A stretch of DNA of 57,377 nucleotides, counting the filler, from Catajapyx aquilonaris (taxonomy: Eukaryota), in assembly GCA_000934665.2 (NCBI GenBank). It is 2 parts of 2 records of this genome, joined end to end, with 100 filler letters (N's around TTAATTAATTAA, not from the genome) between each part and the next. Parts side by side here need not be neighbours in the genome. Positions count along the whole stretch, not along the records: positions 1 to 28,576 come from JYFJ02004897.1; 1 more part is not named here. The stretch is one strand, 5' to 3'. The stretch's first letter is position 1. Each line of letters starts with the position of its first letter. The notes beneath the pieces are model-generated. The model searched no databases. It was given only the letters and a program-made list of their open reading frames with translations, and was not told where the DNA came from. Of this stretch, positions 1 through 12,900 are shown piece after piece. The position numbers were made by a program, and so were the translations under genes.

Positions 1-268
1 TAAGAAGGCGTATCTTCGGAAGGGGCGCCTCCTTGGAAGGGGCGCCTCCTCGGAAGGGGCGCCGCCTCGGAAGGGGCGCCTCCTCGGAAGGGGCGCCGCC
101 TCGGAAGGGGCGCCTCCTCGGAAGGGGCGCCTCCTCGGAAGGGGCGCCTCCTCGGAAGGGGCGCCTCCTCGGAAGGGGCGCCTCCTCGGAAGGGGGCGCC
201 TTCGGCGCCCCCCATCGGGTTGCGCCCTTGGCGGGGGCCAATTTCGCCACCCCCTAGGTACGCCCCTG
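1..268. mobile_element. Right end of a GC-rich non-autonomous DNA element (terminus CCCCTAGGTACGCCCCTG) carrying the 17-bp array
   Basis: Ends in the reverse complement of CAGGGGCGTACCTAGGGG, a common arthropod MITE terminus. The left end lies outside the window. Confidence 0.5.
17..200. repeat. 17-bp tandem array (CGGAAGGGGCGCCTCCT)n, about 11 copies
   Basis: Directly visible unit; the 17-aa periodicity in ORF 33..257 equals 3 x 17 bp. Confidence 0.95.
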
Positions 269-407
269 CCTCTAAATTGGCCGGAAAAACCTGTATGCCT
301 ATACAAGCTATAGCCATGTGTTATGTACAGTATGTTGTATGCTTTCCGAAAAAGCAGTCAGTGCTGGTCTTGGAGGGAGGTTTGCCTTATACGTGCTGCT
401 AGATATA

Positions 408-628
408 CAGGGTGTCTCAACTTTTTTGTCCGAACAGTTATCGGAAATATTGCACTATAAGCTGCTACTTTGTAAGCAGTGACTTGCAACTGGTTTGTCG
501 GAGGAATGGTGAATACGACCTGGACCTGCGAATCTATATAGGTTGAAGTGGCATACACTGCTTACAAAGTAGCACCTTAGTGCACTATTTCTGATAACTG
601 TTCGGACAAAAAAAATTGAGACACCCTG
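408..628. mobile_element. Tc1/mariner-type MITE
   Basis: About 75-bp TIRs CAGGGTGTCTCAA.../...TTGAGACACCCTG, flanked by TA on both sides. Confidence 0.85.
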
Positions 629-2617
629 TATATACGTAAGAACTTGTACACAGTCCCCTTTGTACATTGCTGCTTGGACTACTGGTCACAATTTGCAGAT
701 CATGAGAGTGCCAGCATATTGCATTCTTTTTAACTATATTTTATACTAAAAAGTCGAGTCAAGCTTGAACATTTTCCAGAAGCGAAGTTAATCGGCTCCC
801 ACTGAACTTCAAACAAGCTCACGAAATTAATTGGGCTTCAATCTACAGCCTGAATAAGTCATTATTTTGGAATAGACACTTGATAGCAGTTCCATCTTTA
901 TACTTATGCCTTAATTAGACAGCTTGCATTTGCAGAGTTACAGCATAAATAAATTCGGACAAACTCACTTTGCCAGCAGAATGAAAATAGTGCAGAAACG
1001 AGTGAGGAGCGTCCCAGAAACTGCGACGCAAGTACCATTATTAAAAGCTCCACTTTCAGAGCGGATTAATCTTGTATGGCGTTCCCTTTTGCGAATGCGG
1101 TAATCAAGGCCCTAAGCTCTCCATAACGAGAATATTGCGCTAGACTTCATGAAAACCACACGCTCAGCATGGGATGCAACTCGCATGCAAGAAATCTGTT
1201 GGTAAACAGCTTTGTACGTTAGTAGAGTGAGGAATCGTCAGAACCTTGTGCATCGACGCATGCGAGCGAGGCCTGCCGCAGAATTGGGGCCAAAGCCGGT
1301 AAACCTCGACACCAGCTAAAACCTTCCCTTTTCATCCGCTACCGGAGAAACCAATTATGGAAAAGTTCGTTTTCCATTGAAAAACTCCTTTTCCCGGTTA
1401 ATTGCTGCCCTGGAGTCGTTAATTTTAGAGAAGCACACGTTTGGCGGCTGATCTCAAACCGGTCCGGCCATTTTGCTCTGAACCCTATATGACATTGAAT
1501 AATTGAAGCCCTGCAGACGGCAGCTGGAGGGATATATGAATACTGTGTGTATGCCTGTGGCATGGACAATACGCAGCCCTACAAACTGAGAGCATGTAGC
1601 GCCCAGCTATAAAGCCTTGCCAACATGAATCTCAAGTGGTTATATAGACCTGGTTGTGTTCCGGGCCTGTTAAAGTGCACTGTAATGCTCGTTGCGTAAT
1701 TTTGCGTGGGACACGTGTCCTCCAAAGTTCATTCTACTCTAAGTCATAAAGTGCACTGCACACTATCTAAAATACCTTAAGGCTGAATTTAATTAGAAAT
1801 ATCTAGTAGGTTAAATATAGCGTGAACATTTCGTCAGCGTTTTCATTTGGTAAAGGAGCCTAAATTGGGCCGGATATTTTCCAAGCTACCCGGGAGCGAG
1901 TGAATGAATATTTGAAGCATACCCTAGGGCCTATAAGCAACCAAGACTGCAGTTGAAGGGCAGTGTAGGTGAAGTAAATCAGAGGCGTGTTCAACCTGGC
2001 ATGCAGGCAAGGCTGGGAGGCCTCCACTCTAGGGAACACACACACACACACACAGACACAAAAAAGCGCATCCCCTTTAGACCGTGATAAAATAGACACC
2101 CTGGCAGTCGCATCTTCCGAGTGATCGAGTCTTCTCGACGTTCTTCCCCTTCATTTAGCCCTACCGGTTGGCAAATCTAATCCTTAACGAGAGCAGACTC
2201 GGCTGGTTCGCGTCGGCTCCATTCCTTCGATTGTGCCTGTCATTAGGAAAACGGGGCCAATGACGCCAGAAGGATTTGCCAGTCTATATCACTTAATCTC
2301 TAGGGGACAACATGCTCCTTTGCAACTATGTAATTACATTCGAACATGGTGGGATTTGAATTATTTCACCTTGGTGGAAGCGGAAAATGACATGGGTTCA
2401 ATCCTGCACGTTCGAATGAAGTGTGACAATCAATTATCTGGTTATCTAGATTGTCAGTCGCATCCAGCAATCAAATGATAATATCTACATTTTGTAGCGA
2501 TGGAAGCGCAATTTGTCGTGGTATCATACATATCGTGAGGCATAACTTACAGGAGGAATCGAAGTCCATAAAACTAGTTTCGAGATAATCAAAAGCAAAG
2601 AACTTGGTTAATAATAT

Positions 2618-2916
2618 TATTGATTTATTTATTGATTGATTTATATTTACCCCGTTGGGAGAATAGGCGCTCCATTTAGGGGAGGGGGGTGGAATGCCAC
2701 CATTTTACCACTCAATTTTTCGGAACTTTTTCTTCACACATGGATATAGGGAAGGAAGGAAGCGGCTGTGGCGCATTATACGGAAGCGATCCCGGAATGA
2801 TCCTGGAGGGATCGTGGAAAACCACATAAAACCACGGTCAGGGTCGCCGGCCCCGGGAATCAAACCCAGGACCTCCCGATTAGCAGTCGGACTCCTTAAC
2901 CACCACACCACACCAC
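2618..2916 (-). mobile_element. tRNA-derived SINE
   Basis: Minus strand has an A-box-like TGGTGTGGTGG, a B-box GGTTTGATTCC and an A-rich tail. 16-bp TSD ACTTGGTTAATAATAT at 2602-2617 and 2917-2932. Confidence 0.9.
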
Positions 2917-5459
2917 ACTTGGTTAATAATATGTTAGTGAAGACAGAAAATCTAGGCTTGCTGGCTCATATGAATTTTTAGAAAAATAAATGCGAAAAAA
3001 TTGCTACTTCATATGGTGTGAGTAGCTCAAATGGGTAAAAATTTGATTTTGATTTCTCCTGTATGTTCACGTCTCACAGCTGCCAAATCCTGATTGATTC
3101 CAGAAAAAGCTAAGAAAAGCTTCGATTTCAGGTGGAAAAGCGGTTCCAATTAGTGGTGAAGGGAATCATTTAAAGCGTTTTGGCGTTGTACGATTTTTCC
3201 ACCCTACTTTTGACATGGACCCATTAGTTTCAGTCACCTGCTGGTGACACCTGTTCTGGAACATTAATGGCCTATTACACTCCGTCACTCATCAAGTAGA
3301 ATCATACACGAGAGCTCAGATAACACGTGTCCAACCACATTCACGTCAATAGAAGTGCACTAGCATGAAAACATGGAGACTTGAACAATGACAACAGCTA
3401 TACAATTTTTTTTTAAAACTCTATGCCATTGTCACGTAACTCAACGTGCAAAATGCTCTTGCCGATAATGAGTCGAGAGCTTGAACAACACAATCCTTTT
3501 CGAATGTAAATGAAAACAGTTGCACAGGACTTTGGAAACTCCGAAATCCACTTGGTGTATTCGAGTTTTAACTCCATGAGCCTCTTAGCATAATGTTGCG
3601 TTTGGGTCCCAGGCTGGACAATTGCACGGCACTCAAACAACGCCCTGCATTATTACTGACTACATGTTGTTTGCTCATTCCGCTAATTTATGCGCGAATA
3701 GATTGGACACCACGTGACTCTGGCGTTCTACTTAATGACGCCACTGCTGTGATTTTATTTGATACCTCGTTTTCTGTGCTTGTTAGCTGTCTAGTTTTTT
3801 TTTTTTTTTGCTGAGTAATAATCTTCATTATAATCACGGTTCGTTACGTGTGCATTGCCGACATCGGCTCAAACGAGCAGAATTTTATTTAAAACTTTGT
3901 AAAAATTTCACAGAAATGATGTTTCACCTAATATTTAGGACAATGGTTCTGATCCATTAATTCGAAAACAAGCAAAAAAAATCGCTGTGGTTACCATATA
4001 TACGTATGGTCAGGTTTGGTCATTGTAAACCCACCATTAAAATCTGTGAGCTCATGGAAAGCCACCTGGGTTGCATATGTCAATTAGCTAAAGGACGGGT
4101 CAAATTGACATTGGCATAAAATTTTACAAACGGTTTGTTGTGCTTTCTGTGGCCATTTGATGGGAGAAACAATTGCAAATTCATGATTTAAATCTGAAAT
4201 TTTCACGTACATTCGCCATTATGCAATACTTAGGAACAACCACTAAATTGCAGAAGCACAGAGCCAATTTAATTCAAGAACGGATCAGTGAAATAATTAA
4301 GACGGCCTGCATATGCTTATTGATAAATCGAATAACTGCATATTGAACATGCACAGTGCTTAGGAAGGTTAATTTATAATTGGGCAAACGTCCTTCCCAG
4401 ATAGAGAGAGGCGTAGTACCTCCAAGATAATGAATCAGGAGACCGCATCTGGCAGCGGAGCTCAAGCAACATGGTTACCTGCTTAGCTCTGGAAGTGGCG
4501 TCTGGGATCAAGCTGCTAACTTTACGTTACCACTTTGAAATTTCACTAAAATTAATAAGCCAAATATATAGCCTAATTTCAGCTAACTACCACCAATTAA
4601 GCCTTGAGTAATGAACAGCTTTCAAGTTACAACGATTCGCTAGTGGTGAAGCATAGTCATAAATGAAAATCATATCAAATCTTAAGAGTGTTTTGGGTAC
4701 TGTATACGACACACTGCATATTGCTTGAATTATTGGCTGAGATTATGTAATCAAAATGGCGGTGTAAGTCGAGCATTGACTAAATCGCCTATTAGAATAA
4801 GATTAGGAGCTTTCAGGTACCATACGCAATAGGACTTCACTGCCTAGTCACTTCAGCGCTCTAAGGCAGATGTATGAGCGATTTGATTTTTTACTCCTTT
4901 CCAAAATATAATCAGTTACTCTAACACTCCTTCAGACGGCCAGCCTTTAATCTTATTAAACGTCTTATATGACGGTGCAAATAGATTTGGCACATACTTG
5001 ATCATGATTCTATCTTGGATTCTATACTCCATATTACTTGTGCTAACTTTTATTCTGGCTGTGACCGTATATTCTGCTACCCCTGGATGGCTAGTTGGAT
5101 AATGCATTAAGCGGGAAGTATACGGTACTAATAATGTTTGACCTAACTGATTTGCATTAAACTCGATCAATGGGGGTGAAGTTTGGCGCCCAAATTCACT
5201 GGTGAAGATATAAGCACTCTTTACGCAGTCGTGTTCGAGTTAGACCTACGACCAACTCAAGCCAACTATTTCGAACTTTCGAAGGCTGACGGGTTTGGGC
5301 TCGCATGATTTAAGTCGATTTATGGGTTCAATCTTTATTTGTTGTTCATTCCTTAAATATAATTACGCAAAAATCTTCAAAATGTGCTACAAGTAACACC
5401 ATTCACTTTAAGCACACACCTGGCACAGTAACTTACGAGCTTTCAAGTACGCAACATGA

Positions 5460-5907
5460 CGTCACGACCTGGCCGCTCGAAGTGACCATAGTTGTATTGT
5501 CTTTTGATTTTTCTGACCCGGATCTATGTCCGGCTCCAAAAATTAGTCCAGACTGTGATGCTTGCAGGTCGCAAGCAATGCAGCGCAGTGGAACGGTCAG
5601 TATGGCTGGAGTATGGTTGGTTGGTTGGTTGGTAGGAAGGGTTACCCAGCTTGTATGGCTCTGTCAGAGTCGAGCCTTGGCAGCCGGGGGCAGGAGAGGA
5701 AGGTGTGGGATTGCAAGGTAGGGGTGGGTGAGAAGGTTGGGGGAGAGGAGGGCTGGCCCCGGCTGTACTGCAATGCCGGGCCCAACCCAGGGACGGGGGT
5801 GGGATATTCTCCCAAGCACCCCGTCCGACCAATAAATGCGAGTCAGGTCCGAGGACCGCTCGAGGAAGAGAGTACCGTCGCTGGCGAACTAGCCCGGACC
5901 TCAAACA
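5460..5907 (+). mobile_element. Possible degenerate LTR or other GC-rich repeat
   Basis: GC-rich island starting (C)GTCACG, with AATAAA near 5831, ending ...AAACA, and TGGTGCC just downstream. No TSD found. Confidence 0.25.
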
Positions 5908-7894
5908 ACCTCATTCATTGAATTGGTGCCTTGTCAGTTATTTATGGCTGGAGTAACTGACTACCCTGAACTACACCTTGCCAGGGGACGAGGTACAGGC
6001 TGACACGATGACATTCGCGTGAGTGTAGCAATTTTCCGTTTAGGCAGAAGGAGATAATCTCAATTGTTTCCTACTCCGAGGATGCAAATACACATGCCAG
6101 GTATTTGCAAATGGTGAATTTATAATGCTATAATGCATTAAAAAATCAAATTTTTGAATAATTGCACATAGTTCCTGTACCCACTCACAGATGTCGTTAG
6201 TGGTGAGTAACGTTACAATCATGTAGCAATTTCCCAGATTGGCACATGAAGCGCTTTCTAAAAAAAATCATAGGCTACTGCAGAGGTCCAGATGATACAG
6301 ATATTAAGATAATTACAATTAGCGACGTTTTCATGTTATCAGTCACAAACAACTTCATTTGGTCAATATGCTGCTCATAGTTACAATAACCCCCCACAGC
6401 GCGGCGTTGGGTCGGGATAAGGGGGAGGGAAGGCAGGGGAGGAAGACGCCATATTTGCCGGCGAAAGCCCGTGATTGGCCCTGATTCGAGTACCAACATG
6501 GACGATGAAGTGTGAATTATTACCGCCACGCCGGTGACTGAACTGACAAGAGTGACAATGGAAACATAGAAGAGCCCGGAACGACAATGTGGAAGGAAAA
6601 CAGGAAATGCGTGCTCGGGCGGGAAAAACCATACGTCTCTCTGCCTTGAACGGCGGCACCATATTGGGTATCCTGGCCCGCTACAAGTTGACATATTTGT
6701 TATCGTGGATAACGAGGAAACATTCAGAAGTGAAAACAAAATTGTAAAGCCGCTCCGAAAGTACTAAACAACATTCTACTGCCATTGAGATGCCCAGTCT
6801 TCAAAAATCAAGAGCCACCCAAGCCGGGAAATCCCCAATATACAACCTAAGCCTGTACCTGTACATACCTATTTCTCTGCACTCAATAATATATTAATCA
6901 ACTGAAATGTTTCAAAAGTCTGTAGCATCTGACCCAGAAAAGAAACAGTCTTATGATACACAATAATGTGTGTAACTTAATTTCAAAATTGAAGGTGTGG
7001 CTGTGGAAATTCGTGACCGTGAGATTTTTTACAATAATTAATTATGAGCTAACCTATGAAACACGGGGTACACCCATCGTCACCTATCGCTACCTCAATT
7101 TAATCATGTTGAGTATACCGTAGCCTACCTGATTGATCAAATTGTTTCATCTATGAGAGCTTTTCTTCAATTTGTCATTTGTCCATGTGAATTTTTTTGT
7201 CCCCATCTTTAGAATAATCGTTTCTATTAATGCCTATTTCCTAGAAGTAATTAGACAATGGTAACAGAATAGCATTCAGCCACGTCTGTTAATTTCAGCA
7301 AGAGCAGTTCATTAAAATTCTAAAATGCTCATGTCGCGCTAAAGGGTCTCTGGAGGTAGTTGGAGGTAATGAGGAGCAAGCTGTCAAGTATTCATCGCGA
7401 TTCGCATCACCAGTTACTCATGGATTACACCCGAGAGGGATTCCATCTCCTCATCCTTTATCTTGCATTCAAGGGGGCGCTTATGGAAGAAATGTGGTCC
7501 AATGCAGCCAGCAAAATTAATATTCATGCAAGATGGAACCCGGATATCTAATTCGTTTTGCTCGATCTCAGACAGTAAAACTGTCTGAATGAGTTGGAAT
7601 ATTTTTAAAAAAAGCCCAACGAAAAATGCTGCCAAGTCAGTCAAATATAAGCTGGAGGATTTACGAGGATGTTCCTGACATTTCATTGCCTTGGTCGGCT
7701 CTCGGGAGCCATATCGCTTCTGTGTTCTAATCCTCCTATGTTAAAAATCGGATTGTGTTCCAAGTTTTATTACTCAGGTAGAAACGAGATTCCTTTGATT
7801 ATTGCCATTAATTATGCGGGCATCACTTTCTTGACGGGGATAGCAATATTCTATGCATAAAAGCAAGGTCTATTAAGTATTAATATGAAGCTAT

Positions 7895-8188
7895 GTAACA
7901 AAGTAATTTGTTTAGTTCCTGGGTAGAAAGTGTTACGGTTATTTCCTAATTTCATACGCCTAAAAAATATCGAAAATGGCTATTATTTTTCACAAACATT
8001 GCTTTTGTAACAAGGACTAATCGACCGATTTTTCATTGAAAAAAGTTACAGTATTTGAAAATGTCACTCATATAGTAACTAAATTAAAGTTTGAGGGGAA
8101 TAAGAGCCATTTTCTATGAATTTGATGCATTATAATTAGGAAATATCCGGAAATAACACATACTACCCAGTAACAAAAATGGTGTTAC
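7895..8188. mobile_element. Old MITE with degenerate inverted ends
   Basis: GTAACA...CTGGGTAG...ATTTCCTAATT is mirrored by AATTAGGAAAT...CTACCCAG...TGTTAC. Confidence 0.5.
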
Positions 8189-11100
8189 TTTATGATATTA
8201 TAGTACACATGTTCGCAGAGTAGATTATGCACCTCTGATTGACGAATCATTAATAAATCAGAATTACTATTCATTCAGATACGAGCTCGCTGCGCCTTTC
8301 CACTGTCTCCGGGCTCCACACAATTGATTATAAATCCTAAATCCTCATCAACTTCGAACAAAACCTCGCTTTTTCACATCTATTCTATTTATCTCATTTT
8401 ATCTCGCATTTTACGCACATCTATGGATTCACATACCACGCCTGACATCATCTATGAAATTGCGCACAGTTCAACGCATTTCATTGGCGATTATCAGAAC
8501 AGATTCCACAGCTTCTCAGACCAAAAAAAAAAAAAAGTATATTAGCGTCTGCAACTTTTTCCGGTAAAAATCCCACGGCATGTATTAATGAAATTGCAGG
8601 CACGTTCATATTACTTCTTTCAACTTTGCGAACATAATTAAAAAGGTAACGCAGTGGAAAATTGCACAGAGGCTAGCGGTTTCGATTCCACTCTTACAGG
8701 TGTTCATTAGGCAATTTTGCCGAGTGAAGTGACGGATAATGAGCGTTGCGCTGTTGTATTTGGCCTTGATGGATGCCTAAATCGATTCATTCCATAAATT
8801 AGTCATGAAACTTGGCGGAAAGGATTTCGGGAAGGGGCAGTTTGAGCCAAGTGTCTCCTCTAAAGCTTCGCATTCGTAGAAAATTTCACCAGTTTAACGA
8901 TAAGTCAATCTGTGGAATAGCAGGTTTCTAACTCAAGTCCGAAGATGAGCTCGGGAAACTCCACGAGTCCCCAGGGGCTTATCAGCTAACGCTCAATTTG
9001 CGTTAATAGCCACGATTACACACTTAGATGGCCGCCAGAAATGTTAACTGGCTTCCAAAGTAGTGCAAGTTAAGATCATATTTATAATGAAGGTTCAATT
9101 TACATTATTTGACTTTTCTACTCGTTGCTTGGTTGCTAATCAGGGATTTCGGGTTATCTAGTTTGTAGGTAAAAATGTACAAATTGTGTGTGTGTGTGTT
9201 TTTTTTTGTAATAAGAATCACATTTTAAAACTCATACAGTCTAATTTATTGAACTTGTTGATCCGTCATCCAAAATAATGAACGATATTTGCAGATCTTT
9301 TTTTCTACTTAAGCTACATATCGTGATTACACGGCAGTGACGCAAGTTAGGATATATGTAAACACCTTGAATGGCGTTTACATTACTTCGCCGGTGTAAA
9401 TATACCGTCACGGCTTGAATCATCTACTCCAGCAGCTACCGTGAGATGAAGGTGAGAGCAACGAAATTGAGGTGAGTTTAGGTTTACAGTCGTAGAGTAC
9501 CCAATAGCAAATGTAAACAGGGAATATTTCGTAGTGCCGTATTTCTTGCGGCCTCGTTTTGTGGGTCTGATAAAAGGTCTAAGTGTCATGGAGGAAGGTG
9601 GGATCGTATAATTTTGTTACATTTCCTTATGCACAGGCGTAACCGTTTTGACTAGCGCATGTCAGAGGCTTCCTACTTCAATAAACTGGCTGGCTTCATA
9701 GTGGAATTGGCCGAGAGAACTTGGGATTGGTATCGGGTCGAAATATCAATTTTCATTCCCTTCATCCTGGTCGTGTCAATCAGTCTAGGGCAATTTCTGC
9801 AATTCCTTATAAACGTTTCCTACAAAAAAAAAAAATTGCAAAGAGGTGCAAATGTCATTACATACCTATCTGGAAATCACAATTAGATGAGTGCGGAATC
9901 TCTAATATATATGATTAGCACGTGATTCAGTAATTTGCAGAAAAATTGTATAGCATTTCTAAAATATTCATTTGAACTTATGCGCAGAAGCAAGATATTT
10001 ATTGGGACTCTATATTTGCGCACATAAGATGGAATCATCTTTTAATTGCATAGGCAATTTATGTACACGGAACTGAACTGTAACTTAATATGTTCTCTAT
10101 CGTGGTTTTCAATTTACATTGTTTTTAGGAACTGTGTAACATTTTTTGTCATGATTAAAAAGCATGATTCGCGTATATGTCATTTTTATTATAAGGTGTG
10201 ACGTGCATACAGTACATGTTTTGTTTAACCTGATCAACATTGTGCAACACTGTACAGGACTAGAAGATGGTCAAATATTAATTTTGTGTTTTTAATCAAT
10301 ATCACTACCGCAAACTGAGTAATTTCTTGTTTTTCAGCTGTTTAAAAACTCAAAGCAAAAAATGAGCGCAATACATTAAATCCAGCAACCTGTACTTGCT
10401 GCATCAAATCTAAAATAAATATTGGCTATATCAATATAGAATTTTGAAATGAACACTACATATCGATCGTTGTCATAATTAAGTGTACCTTTCGTCGTCT
10501 TTGATATCAGAGCTAATTAACGCAGAATACCTTTTTTGATTCCGTATAATACACCAGATAGAACCATAATTGAAACACGTGTGGTGAGCAGGTTGAATAT
10601 ATGATATAACAAGTCCACTAGTTAGTCTAATTGAACTAGTCAAAGGATAGCTGACGTGAAACGGTGATTAGTGTCAAACAGCTTGTGCAAGAAAATATTT
10701 CCTGGTCCCAAACACAGGTCCACTGGACAATGGAATTTCTTATTGATCTGCCCCCACCAGTTGACAGAAACTGGTCTCTGCAGAAGACTGAGAATGAAAA
10801 GCAAAAAAAGCGCAAAAAAGTGTCAGATTTCCTTTTTAATTTGTGTGTTTGACTCCTCCATTAACGAGCCATGGCAGCTAATTTTCCTCTCCTGCGCTTA
10901 ACTCATGCACAGGTCGAGTTTTACATAATGTAAATGGCACATTAATAATCTCTCCAGCATTTGAGAATCTTCCCGGCTTCTTCATTTACGGTGGTCTCAT
11001 TCCCATCAGGTCACCTTTCCCCCGCTAGGAGCTTACATTAGGATCGGTTAGATGATTAACTGCTCCAACCCCAATTACGGTCTTTATATCACATCTAACA

Positions 11101-12262
11101 TTTAGTTGACCACCTCAATTAGAAGGATGCCGGCTAATGATTATATCGCTATATTTCAATACACTCATTCGTTAATGCGGACCTAAAGGGCGGAGTGTTT
11201 CAGATATGGAGAGGAAGTAACCGATATTGTAAGGTCATGCTTCCGCCCTAAATATAGAGCTAATGAGATTACATGCTAATGCCTCATTAACTTGCCTAAA
11301 CATAGTGGTAGTGAAATTATTGGGACGTATTACTGTTCATCCACCAGAACCTGTGTACACTTTTAAACCATTAGGAATCATACAAGCTGGAGCGAATGCG
11401 GCGAAATATATCGGGCCGGTTTCAACCTCCGCAAAACCAATCCATCTCCTGTCACATGCAGTGCACCTCGACACTTAGATTACAAACACCTCGTACCTCA
11501 CGTTCTCTTTACCTCCTTCACCTCTTATTGTCTTATGTAAACTACCTTTGCGGTTATAAGAGCTCGTGATTCCCGCAAATCACTCGATCCCTGGCATGCA
11601 TAGAATATCCAATAGGGGAACCTTGCAATCTGGGGACCTTCGTATGGCACACCCCATTCCCTGACATAAAGAACCTAGTATGGATCCGACAGGAGACGAA
11701 AAATTCATCCCTCAGGCTTGAAATTCCACTCCCTAAACTCCACCCCTTAGCGTCTTTTCCCCCCTATGACATTAGCCTGAAACATATAGCCTTGTACAAG
11801 TGGTGACAAAGTCTATATGAAAATGGTGGATTTTCAATAATAACTAATGAGCTGTCACTGGGGCGGCCGTAATAAAATTCGATCGTTTGATTTATAGCCG
11901 TCTCCTATCCCCCACCCCACCCATTCCCACTAATAGCTGGGTGCCTATCACATTTTTAGGGTGCCTTTAATGTTGCATGAAGGTAGATTGAAAATTAATT
12001 TCGTGATCCATCAGAGTGAAAACCGATAGGCGTCCACTTGCCACATAACGTGGAGGCTATATATTAATCTTTTCCCATCCCTGGTCCCATGTTAAAGGGT
12101 GGATTCATTCCTTAACTACCTTTAATACGCGGCTGTCAAGCGTTTTATTTGGCATGATGTCATCATATCATCCAAACAAGACCAATCTGTATTATATTGA
12201 GCCCGATAGATTTGTCCCCGGCAGTCGAATTGTATGGACACAACTAACAAATGTGTACTCAC

Positions 12263-12587
12263 CACCTGGATTTCCATCCGATGCGACGAAAGGTCCGGTA
12301 ACGGATCCAGCAGGTCGGCTATGAAAGGTGGTATTGACGCTGATGCCGGTGGTCAGCTGGAAACCTCCTCTATCCTTCCACTCCCATGGGCAAGGAGTCT
12401 CGAAGGTACACTCAGTTCCTGGAGGAGCAGCAAAAGACGTCGTCGATGAAGAAGGTACAGAAGGAGCAATAGGTATGGTCGCTATAGCCTGTCCCGCCGA
12501 CTCCTGCTTCACCATCACCATCACCATCACCATAACCCACTGCCTCCACCACCACCACCACCACCACCAAGAGGTCAGGTCACCCAT
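12263..12587 (-). CDS. Alk: First coding exon of a MAM-domain cell-surface protein, probably anaplastic lymphoma kinase (ALK) receptor tyrosine kinase
   Basis: ATG at 12587, hydrophobic N-terminus, Ser/Thr/Pro linker, then the MAM-start motif CTFETPCPWEW...GF...TG...GP...GNPG. Ends at a consensus donor G|GTGAGT (phase 1). Resembles the first MAM region of insect ALK from memory. No further exons recognised in 1-12262. Confidence 0.55.
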
Positions 12588-12599
12588 TATCACAAATGT

Positions 12600-12805
12600 T
12601 AACCCATTCGTGGCGCCGGCGCCAGTGTGCGAAAGATGTAGTGGAGAGAGGAGATAGACTGAGAGGAACCGGCAGGTTGCCCAGCCAGAGCGCCGCTTCC
12701 GATGACGCTCTTTTGGCGCGACGCCAAAGACGCAGCGGAGGTGGCGCCCACGGTCGGGAGGCTGCCAAACTATGCGGGGGAGGGGCGGAGTCACTCTGGC
12801 AGGGG

Positions 12806-12841
<36 letters not shown>

Positions 12842-12900
12842 AGGGTGGATGGGAGGGAGGCCAGTGTATAGAGTAGGAGAGGAGGAACACGGGGGTCCCC
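12600..12900 (-). promoter_or_regulatory. GC-rich 5' UTR/promoter region of the MAM-domain gene, with a (GA)n tract
   Basis: CpG-rich island directly upstream of the ATG; (GA)n at about 12806-12840, GAGA-factor-type. Confidence 0.4.

Noticed and set aside
33..257. Repetitive 74-aa ORF, or CRISPR-like array
   Set aside because: Pure 17-bp tandem repeat with no spacers, in a eukaryotic context.
6379..6685. Solo LTR candidate ending GCTACA
   Set aside because: No TG start, TSD or PBS could be confirmed.
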